From assembly GCA_020137815.1 (NCBI GenBank), contig CM035357.1, forward strand, positions 868,001 to 932,000: DNA of 64,000 nt. The letters run 5' to 3'. This DNA comes from Hormiphora californensis. Its lineage: Eukaryota; Animalia; Ctenophora. This document shows, in pieces, positions 1 to 25,570 of the stretch. Every line of letters begins with the position of its first letter. The stretch's first letter is position 1. Below the pieces are notes generated by a model, which worked only from the letters and a program-made list of their open reading frames with translations, did no database searches and was not told the origin of the DNA. The position numbers and the translations under genes are program-made.

Positions 1-102
1 ACAGAGAGGGAGTGAGAAACAGCGAGACAGAGACACTCAGAGAGATTCCCCTCAAACAACCTGTTCCCCAGCATCCACCCAAACGTTTATTGCTTTTACC
101 AG

Positions 103-198
103 GTTGGTGATTGTAACACGGAGCGGCCGAAATATCCCAACTTCAAAGGAATGACTAGATGGGATTCTTGGAAGGGAAAAGCTGGTAAGGATGGAGTG

Positions 199-291
<93 letters not shown>

Positions 292-303
292 ATCTCTCTC
301 TCT

Positions 304-349
<46 letters not shown>

Positions 350-559
350 TTCTCTCTCTCTCCTCTCTCACCATGCCCTATACAAACATATTAATATTCT
401 GAGAGTCACTCCTTCCCCCTCAACTCTCACAAACCTCGCTTGTACCAAAAGTGGGTATAAGCAAATGAAATCTCACATATATGTGTTCTAGGTACGGAAA
501 AAGATTCAGCCATGGAACAGTATACCAATCTTGTGGAGACCATGTTTAAAGCGGTGTAA
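103..559 (+). CDS. ACBP: Acyl-CoA-binding protein (ACBP/DBI domain), last two coding exons; 5' part lies upstream of the window
   Basis: Exons 103-184 (ag|GTT...GCT G|gtaagg) and 492-559 splice in phase 1 to VGDCNTERPKYPNFKGMTRWDSWKGKA-GTEKDSAMEQYTNLVETMFKAV*. This matches the ACBP pattern GDxNTxRP...FxGxAKWDAW...G.SKE.AM..Y...VE. AATAAA at 693-698. Confidence 0.9.
201..369. repeat. (CT)n microsatellite in the ACBP intron; representative of many (e.g. ~4111-4259, 5963-6193, 15269-15397, 15900-15965, 30285-30476, 37668-37765, 47442-48629, 50931-50982, 52067-52128, 53347-53612)
   Basis: Directly visible dinucleotide runs; source of all the SLSL/ERER ORFs. Confidence 0.97.
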
Positions 560-1726
560 CTCTTTCCTATAAGATACCATCGTCCATCAAAGACTTTACT
601 CGATCGCACGTTCTGTGACATTTGAAGTTTGAATGGCAATAACTCATTATGAAGATTTATGAAGTACACTGTATGTTTATGAGATATTATTTAATAAATC
701 CGAGAGAATGCCTGTGTAACAGTCCCTTGTACGTGATAAATGTATGTGCATGTGTAATGTCACATTTGGCACACAGCCATCCCACTGTGCGGCACGCGCG
801 AACACCGAACAGAAATGGTGTTGAGATCTTGGCGCGAGTAGCGCGCGCACTTAAATCATATGAGGACGCGCCCTGTTTTTAACGCTGACAAGGGCCATGA
901 ATTTCGCGCGTTACATTTAGTTTTAGTAAATGCAGCGCATTCGTAATCCAAATGTTTTAAAATTTATTTTATTTTATTTTTTCTTATTTTTTGGTGAATT
1001 TCAAATTTGAGTTTTGAAAAGCGCTGCCTTATCCCGCGCCAGCAACGTTTGCCAATGAAAAGCGCTTGGGTCTGTAAAAAAATCACATGCCAAACAGCGA
1101 CTCAAAAAATTTCAAAAGCCTCCAGGAGCTTCCGTGAGACACACAATTGGCATGCACTGCAGTTCCCTAGTGTGCACGTATTTTGGCGGCACCCGTGAGG
1201 GGAACTGCAGCGTAGGCCAAGATACATGGGTCGCACCACATGATATGCATGACAGCAAGAGGCACCTCCTCTCATACTGTGATGAATCTTATGTGTAAGT
1301 CCTGTGAGTCTCCACTCTCTTTAGGTAACTGCTGTTGTGCTATTAGCCTCGGCCTCTGTCAGAGCATTGGCCTGACCCATTCTCGCTTCTCTCTGTTCTG
1401 CACGCGGAGCGCGCGAGAACTGTGGTCAGAGCATTGGCCTGACAGCTCGGCCTAGAAGCGTATATTAATGTACTTAATTTTTAACTATATTTTATACGTA
1501 TAGTGTAAGAGCGGGAGAGTCATATATTTTCTTATATTGACTTGATATAAATTGTGAAGTTCATATTCATATTCATCTTGTGGAGTAGGGTTTACCGGAG
1601 GAAGGTAGGGCCGCTAAGATATTCAACATTTATACTGTCTCCTTCCAGCGATGTAGAAACGAACCTGACATGTTTGGCTGCCCTGGCGTATCCATGATTT
1701 CTTTTTAATCAATTTACAGATGAAAT

Positions 1727-10212
<8,486 letters not shown>

Positions 10213-10758
10213 ATTAAAAACTTTGATCTACCGAACCCTCACAGAGCATGAAATGAAATGCGGTGTGAGCCACGCAATTTAAACTGTATAAGTAAATTGA
10301 AATTTGGTGTTGGAATCTTGTTCGAACACAGTTCTGAAAGATATGGACTTATTTATGAGATTTAACTATTATTTGATTAATTGTAGCTGTGGTCCTTTTT
10401 TAATTTGTAATTTGTTTTGTAGCAAGCTGTTTGCCATTAATTCCGTTATGGACAATTCAGATACCGTGTTTTCAAACTAATCTAAACGATCTAGTCTCAT
10501 CGATTCATAAGACATGAAAGTATGAGCTTCAAGGGCTTCCCTCCCGGTCGATTCGGTGCATCGTATGTCGACTGTCGACAGCATTGCATCGTTCTACCGC
10601 TGTGAGCGGCGCTGTGCGGGTGGCTATAATATGACGGAGCACCACTGTGAGAGTTGAAAAACAATAACAGTTTTTTACGAATTGTTAAACCAAATAAAGA
10701 TCATGTATATAATTCTCCACAAAACTACACAAAACTGCACAGATATATAATACACACA

Positions 10759-12493
10759 CTAAGGCGAGTCCCACTTCACAAAGCTTTCTGTCCTCTTGCT
10801 GGTTCGGTGGTAATGTCTCGGTTCCAGTGTCCTCCAGTGTTTCTCCTCAAACCCTCCCATATCCAAATCTTGCCGTGAGATACGTGCTAGGTGGAGTTTC
10901 AAGTAGCGCTGTACCCTGCTTCCAAATCTGTCTGATTCTGCTTCCTACAGGGGAGAGAAGGTTTGTTGTTTGATACAGATATCGGGAAAAGGATTGACAG
11001 GATACCAGAATGATTATTGCAGTTAGAGATTGTCTTCCAAGACAAACTAGGATTAGCTGTTTTGTTCATAAACTCTGAAAAAAAGGATCGGTTACCTTAT
11101 TGTTCTTCTTCCCAAACATCCCTGCCACATTTTTCTTAAAGCTCTGCCACTTTGTTTTCTCGGGTATGGTATCATAGGTAGTATTTGTAGCACTAGAATT
11201 CAGGATCTGATCCAGGATATCTACTGACTCAAATCCACTGTCAAACGTGCTCTTACTGTGGCGCTTGCAGGCGCTGTTTCGTTGCTCACTTGAACTCGAT
11301 CTCTGAAAGAGTATGGTTATATTAGCACGGCTGGGTTAATTCCACGTGCCTTTACTTCGAGTTCAATCCTTCAATCAATTCTTTAATTCTTTCTTCGCTC
11401 CACAGTATGCTTTTCATAATTATACACTTTGGATACCACATGGTTACCATGGCTACCACAGTTACCACGGCTACCACGGTTACCATGGCTACCACGGTTA
11501 CCACGGCTACCACAGTTACCATGGTTACCACGGTTACCACGGTTACCACGGTTACATACCTTGTGATGAAAGTTGTGTGCATCTCCATAGCATATCGTGT
11601 TGTTTCTTCTGAGTGTCCCAATAAAGAATTCCTCCTCCTCCTGATCTAGTTCCGCATCTTTATCGGCCTGGACACGGAGTGAACTGGTAAATATTTAATT
11701 TATAAATTAATGGAGCTCTTAATGGAGCTTGAACGCTTAGTAAATACCTAGTTTAAAACTAAACAGACACGTAGGAAAACTATATCAAAAGACTCAAAAT
11801 CTGCGGTACATGATTCTACACCCTGTCCTAGCACAACCTATATTATGATCTACACCCTGTCCTAGCACAACCTATATTATCATCTACACCCCATCGCCCA
11901 ACCTACATTATCATCCCCATCGCCCAACCTACATTATGGTACTCATCCCCTACGCTAAGGGAACTCCGGTAGCGCCTTTTTAGAGTCCCTCCCCTGGATT
12001 GTATTGGGGGCAAGAACACAGCAACTCCCTCGGGGTCCTCCTCCCCCAGGGATATATCAAGGGGCAAGAGTTGTGAAATGTCAATATGGGAAGAAGAGGA
12101 GGCTAAATCGAGGGTGCCCGTTGAGTCAAACACTTTAGAACTGCTTGCCAGGGGCATTTCAGCAAAATCGAACGGAAGTGGGCAGGAACGAGGGGTTGCT
12201 ATGGGAACTATGATGTCATCACTCGATATGACGTCATAAGACATCATCTGCACAGTAGAAACACCCCCAACCGAGTCAGTCCGATAGGATGAAGAGGTTG
12301 AGGAGGTAGGAGAGGAAGAGGTATCACCATCATAACTTCTCCTCTGGATCTCATAAAAAGACTCTACAGTCCTCCAGGATGTCTCATAATCGCTCTCGTC
12401 GCTAAAGACCGCCATGTGTTCCCAGCTTTGGGTGATCTGATCTTGGAGTGAAGAAAGGTTCACATCTTGGAGTGGGAGATGTCGCCCTGCCAT
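10759..12493 (-). CDS. Ser-rich, largely disordered protein of unknown function (4 exons; may be the 3' part of the upstream minus-strand gene)
   Basis: Exons 12493-11943 (donor GA|gtacca, least certain), 11683-11560, 11302-11096, 10944-10759 (…RTESFVKWDSP*). Phases are consistent, and the frame stays open upstream of the ATG. Confidence 0.6.
11440..11555. repeat. 9-bp minisatellite (GG[T/C]TACCA[C/T])n next to a 5' splice site
   Basis: About 13 tandem 9-mers; they explain the YHG/VVT ORFs in the track. Confidence 0.9.
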
Positions 12494-13017
12494 AACAACA
12501 ACGCAACTCAGTAAGCCAAAGCAAGTTGTGTAATGCAGTGTACTAGTTGGGACAACCAGTGAAGTAGATTGTGTTTCAAGCCAGAGGGGGGCTGCAGTTG
12601 TGCAATCATAATTAACTAGTGTGTAGAGAGAGATAAAATGAGGGACGCCTAGAGGAGAAGATACCGGAGAGGTTTAGCTCTTTGGAGGACAAGTGCTCTG
12701 CTCGACCCTCTCTCTCTCTCTCTCTCTCCGCGCCTGGGGAGTGGGCTCGGGCAAAATAAGTCACCACTGACTATACCTATGCATAAAGAATGATAGTAGA
12801 GACTATATCCAAAATTCATTCTGTTTGAGTAAGTCCAAAGCATCTAAATACTGATTACGGGTGTCTCTAGAGAGTTCCATATAACTCTATCAACAGTGGG
12901 CTTATCGTTCCCCAAAGCCACGTGATGCAAACTCGTGCAAGATTTTTGCATTTATTGCGAACTTTGTGGGAGATAAAACACCAAAAGTACCCGAAAGAAA
13001 GATTCTAGATTTGTCAA

Positions 13018-13126
13018 TAGGAACCGACCGACACAAGTAAACAACCAATCAGAGCTCTTTATTTAGGTCACGTGACTGGTTATAAGCCAATCAGGGACCA
13101 GTATTTCCTGATTCGGTCGGTTGCTG
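13018..13126. mobile_element. 109-bp hAT-like MITE, copy 1
   Basis: TAGGAACCGACCGA...TCGGTCGGTTGCTG; 8-bp flanks TTTGTCAA/TTTATCAA. Confidence 0.85.
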
Positions 13127-13393
13127 TTTATCAAGCATATGTTGCACAAATTAAACACAGCTGACAGCTGCCACAACATTGCAAACAACATATTGCAACA
13201 TTGCAACATTGCAAATGATGTCATAATTAGGAATCATCACGGAGTTCAGGTATCAAGATAGATTTTTGGCAAGGTGGTTACTCGAGCTATATTATGCACA
13301 CTACTGTAGTGTAACACGGGGCACTAAACATGCCAAGTTAAATGAAACTTTGACATGGGTGGAGGGACTTGAGAGAGATGAGAGAGAGGGGTG

Positions 13394-13433
<40 letters not shown>

Positions 13434-13618
13434 AGACGATGAGAGAGGAGATAGACAGATGAGGAGGAGGATGAGAGAGAGACGATCGAGAGATGAGCGA
13501 GGCAGCGATTGAGAGGGGGCAGAGCGAGAGAGCGAAATCGGTTCTGGCGGCGAAGGACAATTAGCTTTGACAAGCGAACAGTGTTGAGCAGCTGTGCAGG
13601 CACGCGGCCGTGACTGAC

Positions 13619-13981
13619 GGTAAGCGGTAAATACTCACTCGGTTCTTCACATTTTTTGGACATTTTTGGCCATAACTCAGCCATTTTTTGACCAATTTGC
13701 AAAATCTTGGGCTCATTGGAAAGAGGACATTGAGACCTTTAAAATGAGCCCTAGAAAATGAAAATCGGTGCAAAATGCGCGGCGTTATGGCGTAAAATGC
13801 GCGTTTTCGCCATAGCGCCGCGCATTTTGCGCCGATTTTCATTTTCTAAAGCTCATTGGAAAGCTCTTAATGTCTTCTTTCCAATGAGCCCAAGATTTTG
13901 CAAATTGGTCAAGAAATGGCTGAGTTATGGCTAAAAACGTCCAAAAAATGTGAAGAACCGAGTGAGTATTTACCGCTTACC
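13619..13981. mobile_element. 363-bp foldback MITE with 9-bp TSD (Merlin- or Mutator-like)
   Basis: Near end-to-end palindrome GGTAAGCGGTAAATACTCACTCGG...CCGAGTGAGTATTTACCGCTTACC, flanked by GTGACTGAC on both sides. Confidence 0.85.
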
Positions 13982-14185
13982 GTGACTGACACACAAATTC
14001 CACCACCGACAATAGTACTATTCGCAGTACTTAATGACATGGAGCTGTGAAAAACACAAAACTGAGTGTTTACTAGCTGCTTCCGGGATAAACATATTAG
14101 AGTAGAGTCAGAATGAACATATATGTCAAGTCACGTGATTTAGCACCAAAAGTTGGAGTAAGAAAAGTCACGTGATATATCTCAC

Positions 14186-18175
<3,990 letters not shown>

Positions 18176-18899
18176 GGTAATAGGGATATTGCTCCAGCTG
18201 TCTGATTCAGTTGAGATTGAGAGTGGTATTGATTCAAATGAAGAAGCTGATCCAGACGAGAGGAGGGAGGGTGTTGTTTTATAAGGGACTAAAACCCCTT
18301 CCCCCTTTAAAAAAAAAAAATGGGGAAATTTGTTTTTTCCTTTTAAAAAAATTTTTTAAATTTAAAAAAAAAACCTTTGAGGCGAATTTTAATTCCCCCC
18401 CCAAATTGATAGTAAAATTGCAAAACAGCAGTGGGGAAATTTTCCTTTCCGCCGGCCAAGGGGGAAGAAAAAAGGTTTTTTTAATTTATGGGTTGGGGGG
18501 TCCGGCGTCTTTTTTTCTTTGGGGTGAGGGTGGGTTTTGGTTAATTTTTAAAATTTTTTGGTTCTTAAGTAATTTGCCCCCTTTTTTAAAAAGGTTCTTT
18601 TTTCGTTTTCTTTTTTTTTTTTCCGAACGGTTCCCCCACAAAAAAAGAAAGGCAATTTTAAATTTTTCTCCCCATTTTAACAAAAACGCAAAACCCCCTA
18701 GGAGGAAAACTTGGGGTTCCCCGCCCGCATCCCTTTTTGGGAAATTTCGGAAAAAAGGGCTTTTGGCGCCAACTTTTTCGTTACTTCATGGGGGGGTTTA
18801 AATTTGAAAAAAAAGGTTTTGGTTTTTACCACCCGGCCCTTTTTTTCCCCCCCTTCCCCCTTCTTTCCCTCCCTCCCTTTTGGGTCCAAAAAAAATTTT

Positions 18900-19905
18900 C
18901 CCCCCTTCCCTTCTCCTTTTCTTTACTTTTCCTCCCTCTTTCCTTCCCTTCCCTCCCTTCTTCTTTCCCTCCTTTCCCTTTTTGGGTTTTTCCCTTTCCC
19001 CCCCCCCCTTCCCTTCCCTTCCCCCTTCCCTCCCTTTCCCCTTTCCCCTTTCCCCTTTCCCTTCCCCCCCTTTCCCCTTTCCCCCCTTTCCCCTTCCCTT
19101 CCCCCCCCTTTCCCCCTTCCCTTTCCCCTTCCCCTTTCCCCTTTCCCCTTTTCCCCTTTCCCTTTTCCCTTCCCCTTCCCCCTTCCCTTCCCTTTCCCCT
19201 TTCCCTTCCCTTCCCTTCCCTTCCCCCCTTCCCTTCCCTTCCCTTCCCCTTCCCTTCCCTTCCCTTCCCTTCCCTTTTCCCTTCCTTCCCTTCCCTTCCC
19301 TCCTTTTTCCCCTTTCCCTTCCCCTTCCCTTCCCTTCCCTTCCCCTTCCTTCCTTCCTTCCCTTCCCTTCCCTTTTTTTTCCCCTTCCCCCTTTTCCTTT
19401 TTTTTTCCCCTTCCCCTTCCCTTTTCCCTTCCCTTCCCTTCCCCCTTTCCCTTCCCTTCCCTTTTCCCTTCCCTTCCCCCCTCCCTTTCCCCTTCCCTTC
19501 CCTTCCCTTCCTTCCCTTTCCCTTTCCTTCCCGCCCCCTTTTCTTCCCTTTCCTTCCTTTTCCCCTCCCTTCTCTTCCCTCCCTTCCCCCCCCCTCTTTT
19601 TCCCCTCCCTTTTTCTTCCCCTCCCTTCTTTCCCCTCCCTTCTCTTCCCTCCCTTTTCTTCCCCTCCCCTTCTCTTCCCCTTCCCTTCCTTTCCCCCTCC
19701 CCCTTCTCTTCCCCCCCTTCTCTTCTCCTCCCTTCTTTTTTCCCCTTCCCTTCCTTCCCCTCCCTTCTTTCCCCCCTTCTTTTCCCCCCCCTTCCTTTCC
19801 CCTCCCTTCTTTTTTCCCCCCCTCCTTCTCTTCCCCCCCCTTCTCTTCCCCCCCTTCCTTCCCCTCCGCTTTTCCCCCCTTTCCTCCCTTCCCCCCTTTC
19901 CCCCT
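18900..19905. repeat. ~1-kb polypyrimidine tract (CCCTT-like)
   Basis: Almost exclusively C/T on the + strand; source of the spurious P/F/S and G/K/E ORFs. Confidence 0.9.
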
Positions 19906-22490
19906 AAATTCTCCCAAATTTTCTCCCTAAATTCCCCCAAATTTCTCCCTAAATTCTCCCTAATTTTCCAATTTTCCTAATTTATCCCTAATTTATCCCT
20001 AACTCTCCCAAAATTTCTCCCTAAACCTCCCAAAACTTCCCCCTAAACTCCCCCCTAATTTTCTCCCAAAATTCCCCCCTAAATTCCCCTAAATTCTCCC
20101 AAAATTCTCCAAATTTATCCCAAATTTTTTCCCTAATTTATCCTAATTTATCCCAAATTTTTCTCCCAAAATTTCTCCCAAAATTTCTCCAAAATTCTCC
20201 CAAAATTCCCCCTAATTATCCTAATTTATCCTTTAAATTTTTTCCCTAATTTATTCCCTAATTTATCCCTATTTATCCCTAATTTACCCTAATTCTCCCA
20301 AAATTCTCCCTAAATTCTCCCTAAATTCTACCTAAATTCCCCCAAAATTTTCTCCCTAATTTATCCCTTTTTTACCCCCTAATTATTCCTAATTTATTCC
20401 TAATTTACCCCTAATTTTCCCAAATTTATCCCTAAATTCTCCCAATTCCCCCAAAACCCCCCAAATTCTCCCTAAATTCCCCCTAATTTATCCCTTTTAT
20501 TCCTATTTATCCAATTTATCCCTAAATTTTTCCCCAAAAATTCTCCCTAAACTCCCCCAAATTCCCCAAAACTCTCCCAAAATTTCCCCTAAATTCCCCC
20601 TAATTCTCCCTAAATTCCCCCTAATTTTCCCTAATTTATTTCCAAAATTTTATTTAAATTTATTCCTTTTTTTATCCCAAAATTCCCCCTAAATTCTCCC
20701 TAAATTCCCCAAAATTCATTTAAAATTTCCCCTAAATTTCCCTCCCCAAATTTTATCCCTAATTTATCCCTAAATTTTCCCTAAATTCCCCCCTAAACTC
20801 TCCCTAAATTCTCCCTAACCCCCCTAAATTCTCCCTAAATTCCCCCCCAAAATTCCCCAAAATCTCCCTTAGGAAAATTTAAAATAATTTCTCCAATTTA
20901 TCCCTAATTTATTTCCTAATTTATTCCTTTTTTACCCCAAATTCCCCTAAATTCTATTTAAAATTTTCCCCTAAATTCCCCTAATTATCCAATTTATCCC
21001 AAATTTTTCCTAATTTTTTTCCCTAATTTATCCCTAATTTATCCCTAAAATTCCCCCTAAATTCCCCTAAACCCCCAAAATCCCCCTAAATTCTCCCTAA
21101 TTCTCCCAAAATTTCCCTCCCTAAATTCCCCCAAAATTTTCCTCCCTAAATTCCCCCCCTATTTATCCCTAATTACCCCCAAATTTTATTCCAAATTTTA
21201 CCCAATTTTTATCCCAATTTATCCCTAATTCTCCCTAATTCTCCCAAACTCCCCCTAAATTCTCCAAAATTTCCCCTAATTCCCCAAAATTTCCCCTTTT
21301 TTATCCAAATTTTTTTTCCTATTTATTCAAATTTACCCCAAATTTACCCTAAATTCTCCCTAAATTTTCTCCCTAAATTCTCCCTAAATTCTACCTAAAT
21401 TCTCCCTAAATTCTCCCAATTTATCCCTAATTTATTCCTAATTTATTCCAAATTTATTTTTTATTTATTCCTAATTTTTCCTGTTTTCCCAATTCTCCCT
21501 AAATTCTCCCTAATTCTCCCAAAATTTTTATTTAAAATTCTCCCCCCCAAATTTCCCTAATTTTTTTTATCCTAAATTTTCCCTAAATTCTCCCTAAACT
21601 CTCCCCTAAACTCCCTAAACCCCCCTAATTCCCCTAAATTCTCCCAAATTCTCCCTAAATTTCCCCCCTATTTTCCCCAAATTTATTCCTAATTTATTTC
21701 CCAATTTATTCCTATTTACCCCCAAATTTCCCTCCCTAAATTCCCCTAAATTCTCCCAAAAATTCTACAAAAAAATTCTCCAAAATTTCCCCTAATTTTT
21801 TTTCCCAAATTTATTCCTATTTATTCCTTTTACCCCCTATTTATCCTAAATTTTCCCCCTAAATTCCCCCCAAACTCTCCCTAAATTTTTTTCTCCCAAA
21901 CTCTCCCTAAATTCTCCCTAAATTCTCCCAAAATTCCCCCAAAATTCTCCCTAATTACCCCCTAATTTATTCCAAATTTTTCCTAATTTATTCCTAGTTT
22001 TCCCTAATTCTCCCTAAATTCTCCCTAAATTCTCCCTAAAATTCTACTTAAATTCTCCCTAATTTTCCCCTAATTTAATTTTCCAATTTTTCCCCTAATT
22101 TTATCCCTAATTTTTTAAAATTCCCCTTCCCTCCCTAAATTCCCCCTAATTCCCCCTAAATTCTCCCTAATTCTCCCAAAATTTCCCTCCCTATAGGAAA
22201 ATTTATAATTCTCCTTTTTATCCCTTTTTTTCCCCTAATTTAAAATTTTATTCCAAAATTTATCCCAAAATTCTCCCTAAATTCTCCCTAAACCTCCCTA
22301 AATTCTCCTAAATTCTCCCTAAATTTCCCCCCTAATTTATCCCAATTTATTCCCTAATTTATCCCTAATTTATCCCAAAATTTTCCCTATTCTCCCTAAA
22401 TTCCCCTAAATTCTCCCTAATTTATCCCAAATTTTTCCAAATTTTCCCTAATTTATCCCTAATTTACCCAATTTAAATCCCTAATTTCCC
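19906..22490. repeat. ~2.6-kb degenerate 11-bp satellite (TTCTCCCTAAA / TTATCCCTAAT)
   Basis: Two alternating unit types in blocks; + strand nearly G-free; the units contain CCCTAA. Confidence 0.85.
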
Positions 22491-25363
22491 CTTATTTTGG
22501 TAACACTTTTCTGTTATTGTAACCCCTAACCCCCCCTTCCCTTTTTAGTTATTGGAGAGGGGTGACTGCAGAAATCCTTTTAAAAAATTGTTGGATTCTT
22601 GCTTTTTAAATTTGATGAGAACAAAAAACACGCTGTAATATATCCCCGCAAAGTATGGAGCAACTTTTGGTCCAATAATCAGCCATCGGGTGTATCTTTT
22701 GCCCCTTTTATACTGTTTACTTCAAGGGACTGTTTTTTTAATTTTTTAAATGTGTGGTGGGGGGAGGGCTCCCGTTTAAAACCTTTTTCCCGAAGTGCTG
22801 GGATGTACGAAAATGCGCTCTCTGTCGCCCAAAAGTAAACGGCTAAAAGGCACTTAAAAAACCCAAATTACTTTCATGTGCCCCTCTCCTCAGTCTTCCT
22901 CGCCCCCCTCGAATGAAAAGTGACACTCCCCCCGCCAGAAAAAGATAACCCAAAGGGAAATTTAACTCACAATTTTTTGTTTTTTGTTCCGCAGAAGGGG
23001 GGAAATTCCCCCTCTTTTATAAAAAGTATGGTTTTAAATTGTTTTTTTTTTTTTTTGCAGGGGTTTCCTTTTATTATCCAAAAGTTTAAGTTTTGGTAAA
23101 CAAATCCCAAAAAATGTGCCCGTTAATAATTAAAAACATTTGGTGTAATTTTCTGTCTTTCCCCTCTCTGTCTTCCCTACCTTGCGGTTTTGCACCTCCC
23201 CCGGGTTTTTGAAAATAACCCCCACCCCCCCCAAAACCCTACCCCTCTCTCCTTCTCCCCACCCTCTTACTCGTTCTTCTCCATAAAAACATGTTTAAAA
23301 CGTGATTTTGGATGGGATTATGCCCCTTGGAATGGTCATAAAATTGGGAAAAATTTCAAACATATTTAGACTGCCAGTGCTCTGTCTGGTAAAAATTTTC
23401 CCAAAAATATCTCTTACCTTGCGCGCGATATTATGGTCTTGGGCGGGATAAAAGTAACATTGTTAATCGTTCTAAAAGACGCGCACCCATGCAATGTCCC
23501 TAGCTAAAAAGCCAAATTTTTTGGAACCTTTTCGATCAAAAATTTTAACTGTTTTTGTGAACACAAAATTTAAAAAACACTAAGGCTTTTACTAGACTCA
23601 AATCCGATGTATCAACAGAAATGAGAGGCATTTGTCCGTTTAACTGGCAAACAGGGGTTTATTGGCTTCAATTAGTCATTTGAACCGGTACAAAAAAATT
23701 TTAGAAAATTTTTTCCACAGATCCTGTTTCTAAACTGCCCTTCTTCACTCCTGAATAGGTCACAAAAACGTGCCTTTTTGGGGGGGTATTTTCCCCACTA
23801 GTGAGAGAGAGGATGTCTTCATTCTGAGAGAGCTATAAGATGTCTTCATTATACCCAAAACAGCTTGGTACCATGATATAGAGTGTGGAGCTGGCTAGAG
23901 ACAAGGGAAATGAGTGAACGCTGCAATATGAACTAAACCCACAGTCCCCTCTCCCCTCTCTCCCTCTCCTCCTCTCTCCTCCCCCTCTCCTCCCGGCCTC
24001 GATCCCCTCTCCGCCTCTCTCTTCTCTCTCTCTTTCCTCTCTCTCACTCTCTTCTTTTTCTCTCCCTCCCCCTCTCTCTTCTTCCTTCCCACCTCCCCTC
24101 TCTCAATAATAAAACGAGAGGGGCCGTCGAGTACAAGATCATGTATCCATGGTATCCCCACTAAACGATCATTCTCCCACACACCCCCGGGGCCCCAACA
24201 GCCGTGAGAAACGCCCAGATCAAATTACTATGCTGTATAAATAAAGAAAGTGGGCTCGAGCCCGATAAAAGTTCAGTAAAGCTGATATTGGCATCTGGTG
24301 GGGACCAGGGAAAAACGGGGGATACTCAACCCCTATTTTTTGGGGTATTCGAGGGAAAAACCGGTTAAAGGGGTTCCCTAAATTTTCCTTTAAAAAAACT
24401 AATTAAAATTTTTGGGGCATCCCAAAAAATTTGATTTAAACAAAAATTTGCCCCCTAATTTGACCGTTTATTATCCCTTTTTTAAAAGGGGTTTAAAGGT
24501 TTTAATCATTGTTCTAAATCCATCCCAACCCCTTCAAAAAAACACGGCAAACCCCTCAAAATGGCTTTTTGGAAATGCCCAAAAAAAAAACCTTGGGTTT
24601 TTTCTTTTTTGCTAAAAGGGCCCCGGGGAAAACCCCGGGGGACTGGCCTGAATCCCCAAAGAAAAGTTTGCCTTGGCGGGGGAGAAGGGGTTTGGAAAAA
24701 CCCCCCCCCTTTACAACCCTGGCGATTGGGGTTTTTTGGAAAAAAAAAAAACCGGGCTGCTAAAATTGGGGTTTTTTTGAAAAGGGGTCCCCGTTAAAAT
24801 TTCAACTTTTTTCCCAAAATTTAATTTTTCCCCGGTTGCGGGGGAAGAAAATTTTTTAAAAGCCCCTTTTCTTAAATTTTTATTGTTTCCCCAAAATTTA
24901 AAAAACCGGGTTTGTAAAGGGTTTTTTTAAAATGAGTTCGATTATTGCACTCTATATTATAGAACGCCGCTTTACAGGATATATATAGAGTCTATATGCA
25001 CTTCTAATATTCTATCCATCCTAGACCCCTTCGACAAAAACACGGCTGAAAGTCAGTCTAACTGGCGCTTAGGACATGCACGCAAAACAACAAAAACAGC
25101 TCTCAGGGCCCCTTTTGCATTATTATGACGTCATGGGACCTGCTGTTGTAAGAGGATCTGTTGTTAGGACTCATGACCATGTAACTCCCCTGGCATGAAT
25201 TATTGCACACATTAGTGATCCAGTGTGTCTGGGGGAGCACAGGTGTGTTTACACACACACACACACCTTGTACAACTGCACCTGGCGTGATAGTGTTTGC
25301 GAAGAGACATAGTCATAGGACACGGGATCATAAGCTCAAATTGTGGAGTTTTAGGTAGTATGA

Positions 25364-25570
25364 TAGGGATCCCTAAAAAAGTTAAGTATTTACACAGCGT
25401 TTACACCAGTTAGCCTTTAAGTTTTTCCCGGTTAGCGTTGGGAAGAAAAACTTTGAAATCTGCGCGGTGATGGCTTACTTAAATTTTCCATTCGTCAGAA
25501 TTTCAGTCATCACAGCGCTTGGTGTGTAAAACGATGGTTTGTAAATACTGAACTTTTTTAGGGATCCCTA
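25364..25570. mobile_element. MITE with ~30-bp TIRs
   Basis: TAGGGATCCCTAAAAAAGTTAAGTATTTACA / TGTAAATACTGAACTTTTTTAGGGATCCCTA. Confidence 0.7.

Noticed and set aside
11346-11649. (YHG)n His-rich metal-binding peptide ORF
   Set aside because: Intronic 9-bp minisatellite of the minus-strand gene.
18711-19980. 360-400 aa P/F/S- and G/K/E-rich ORFs in five frames
   Set aside because: A polypyrimidine tract cannot contain stop codons; it lies in low-quality sequence.
19906-22490. True telomere
   Set aside because: Internal position and 11-bp units rather than tandem (CCCTAA)n.
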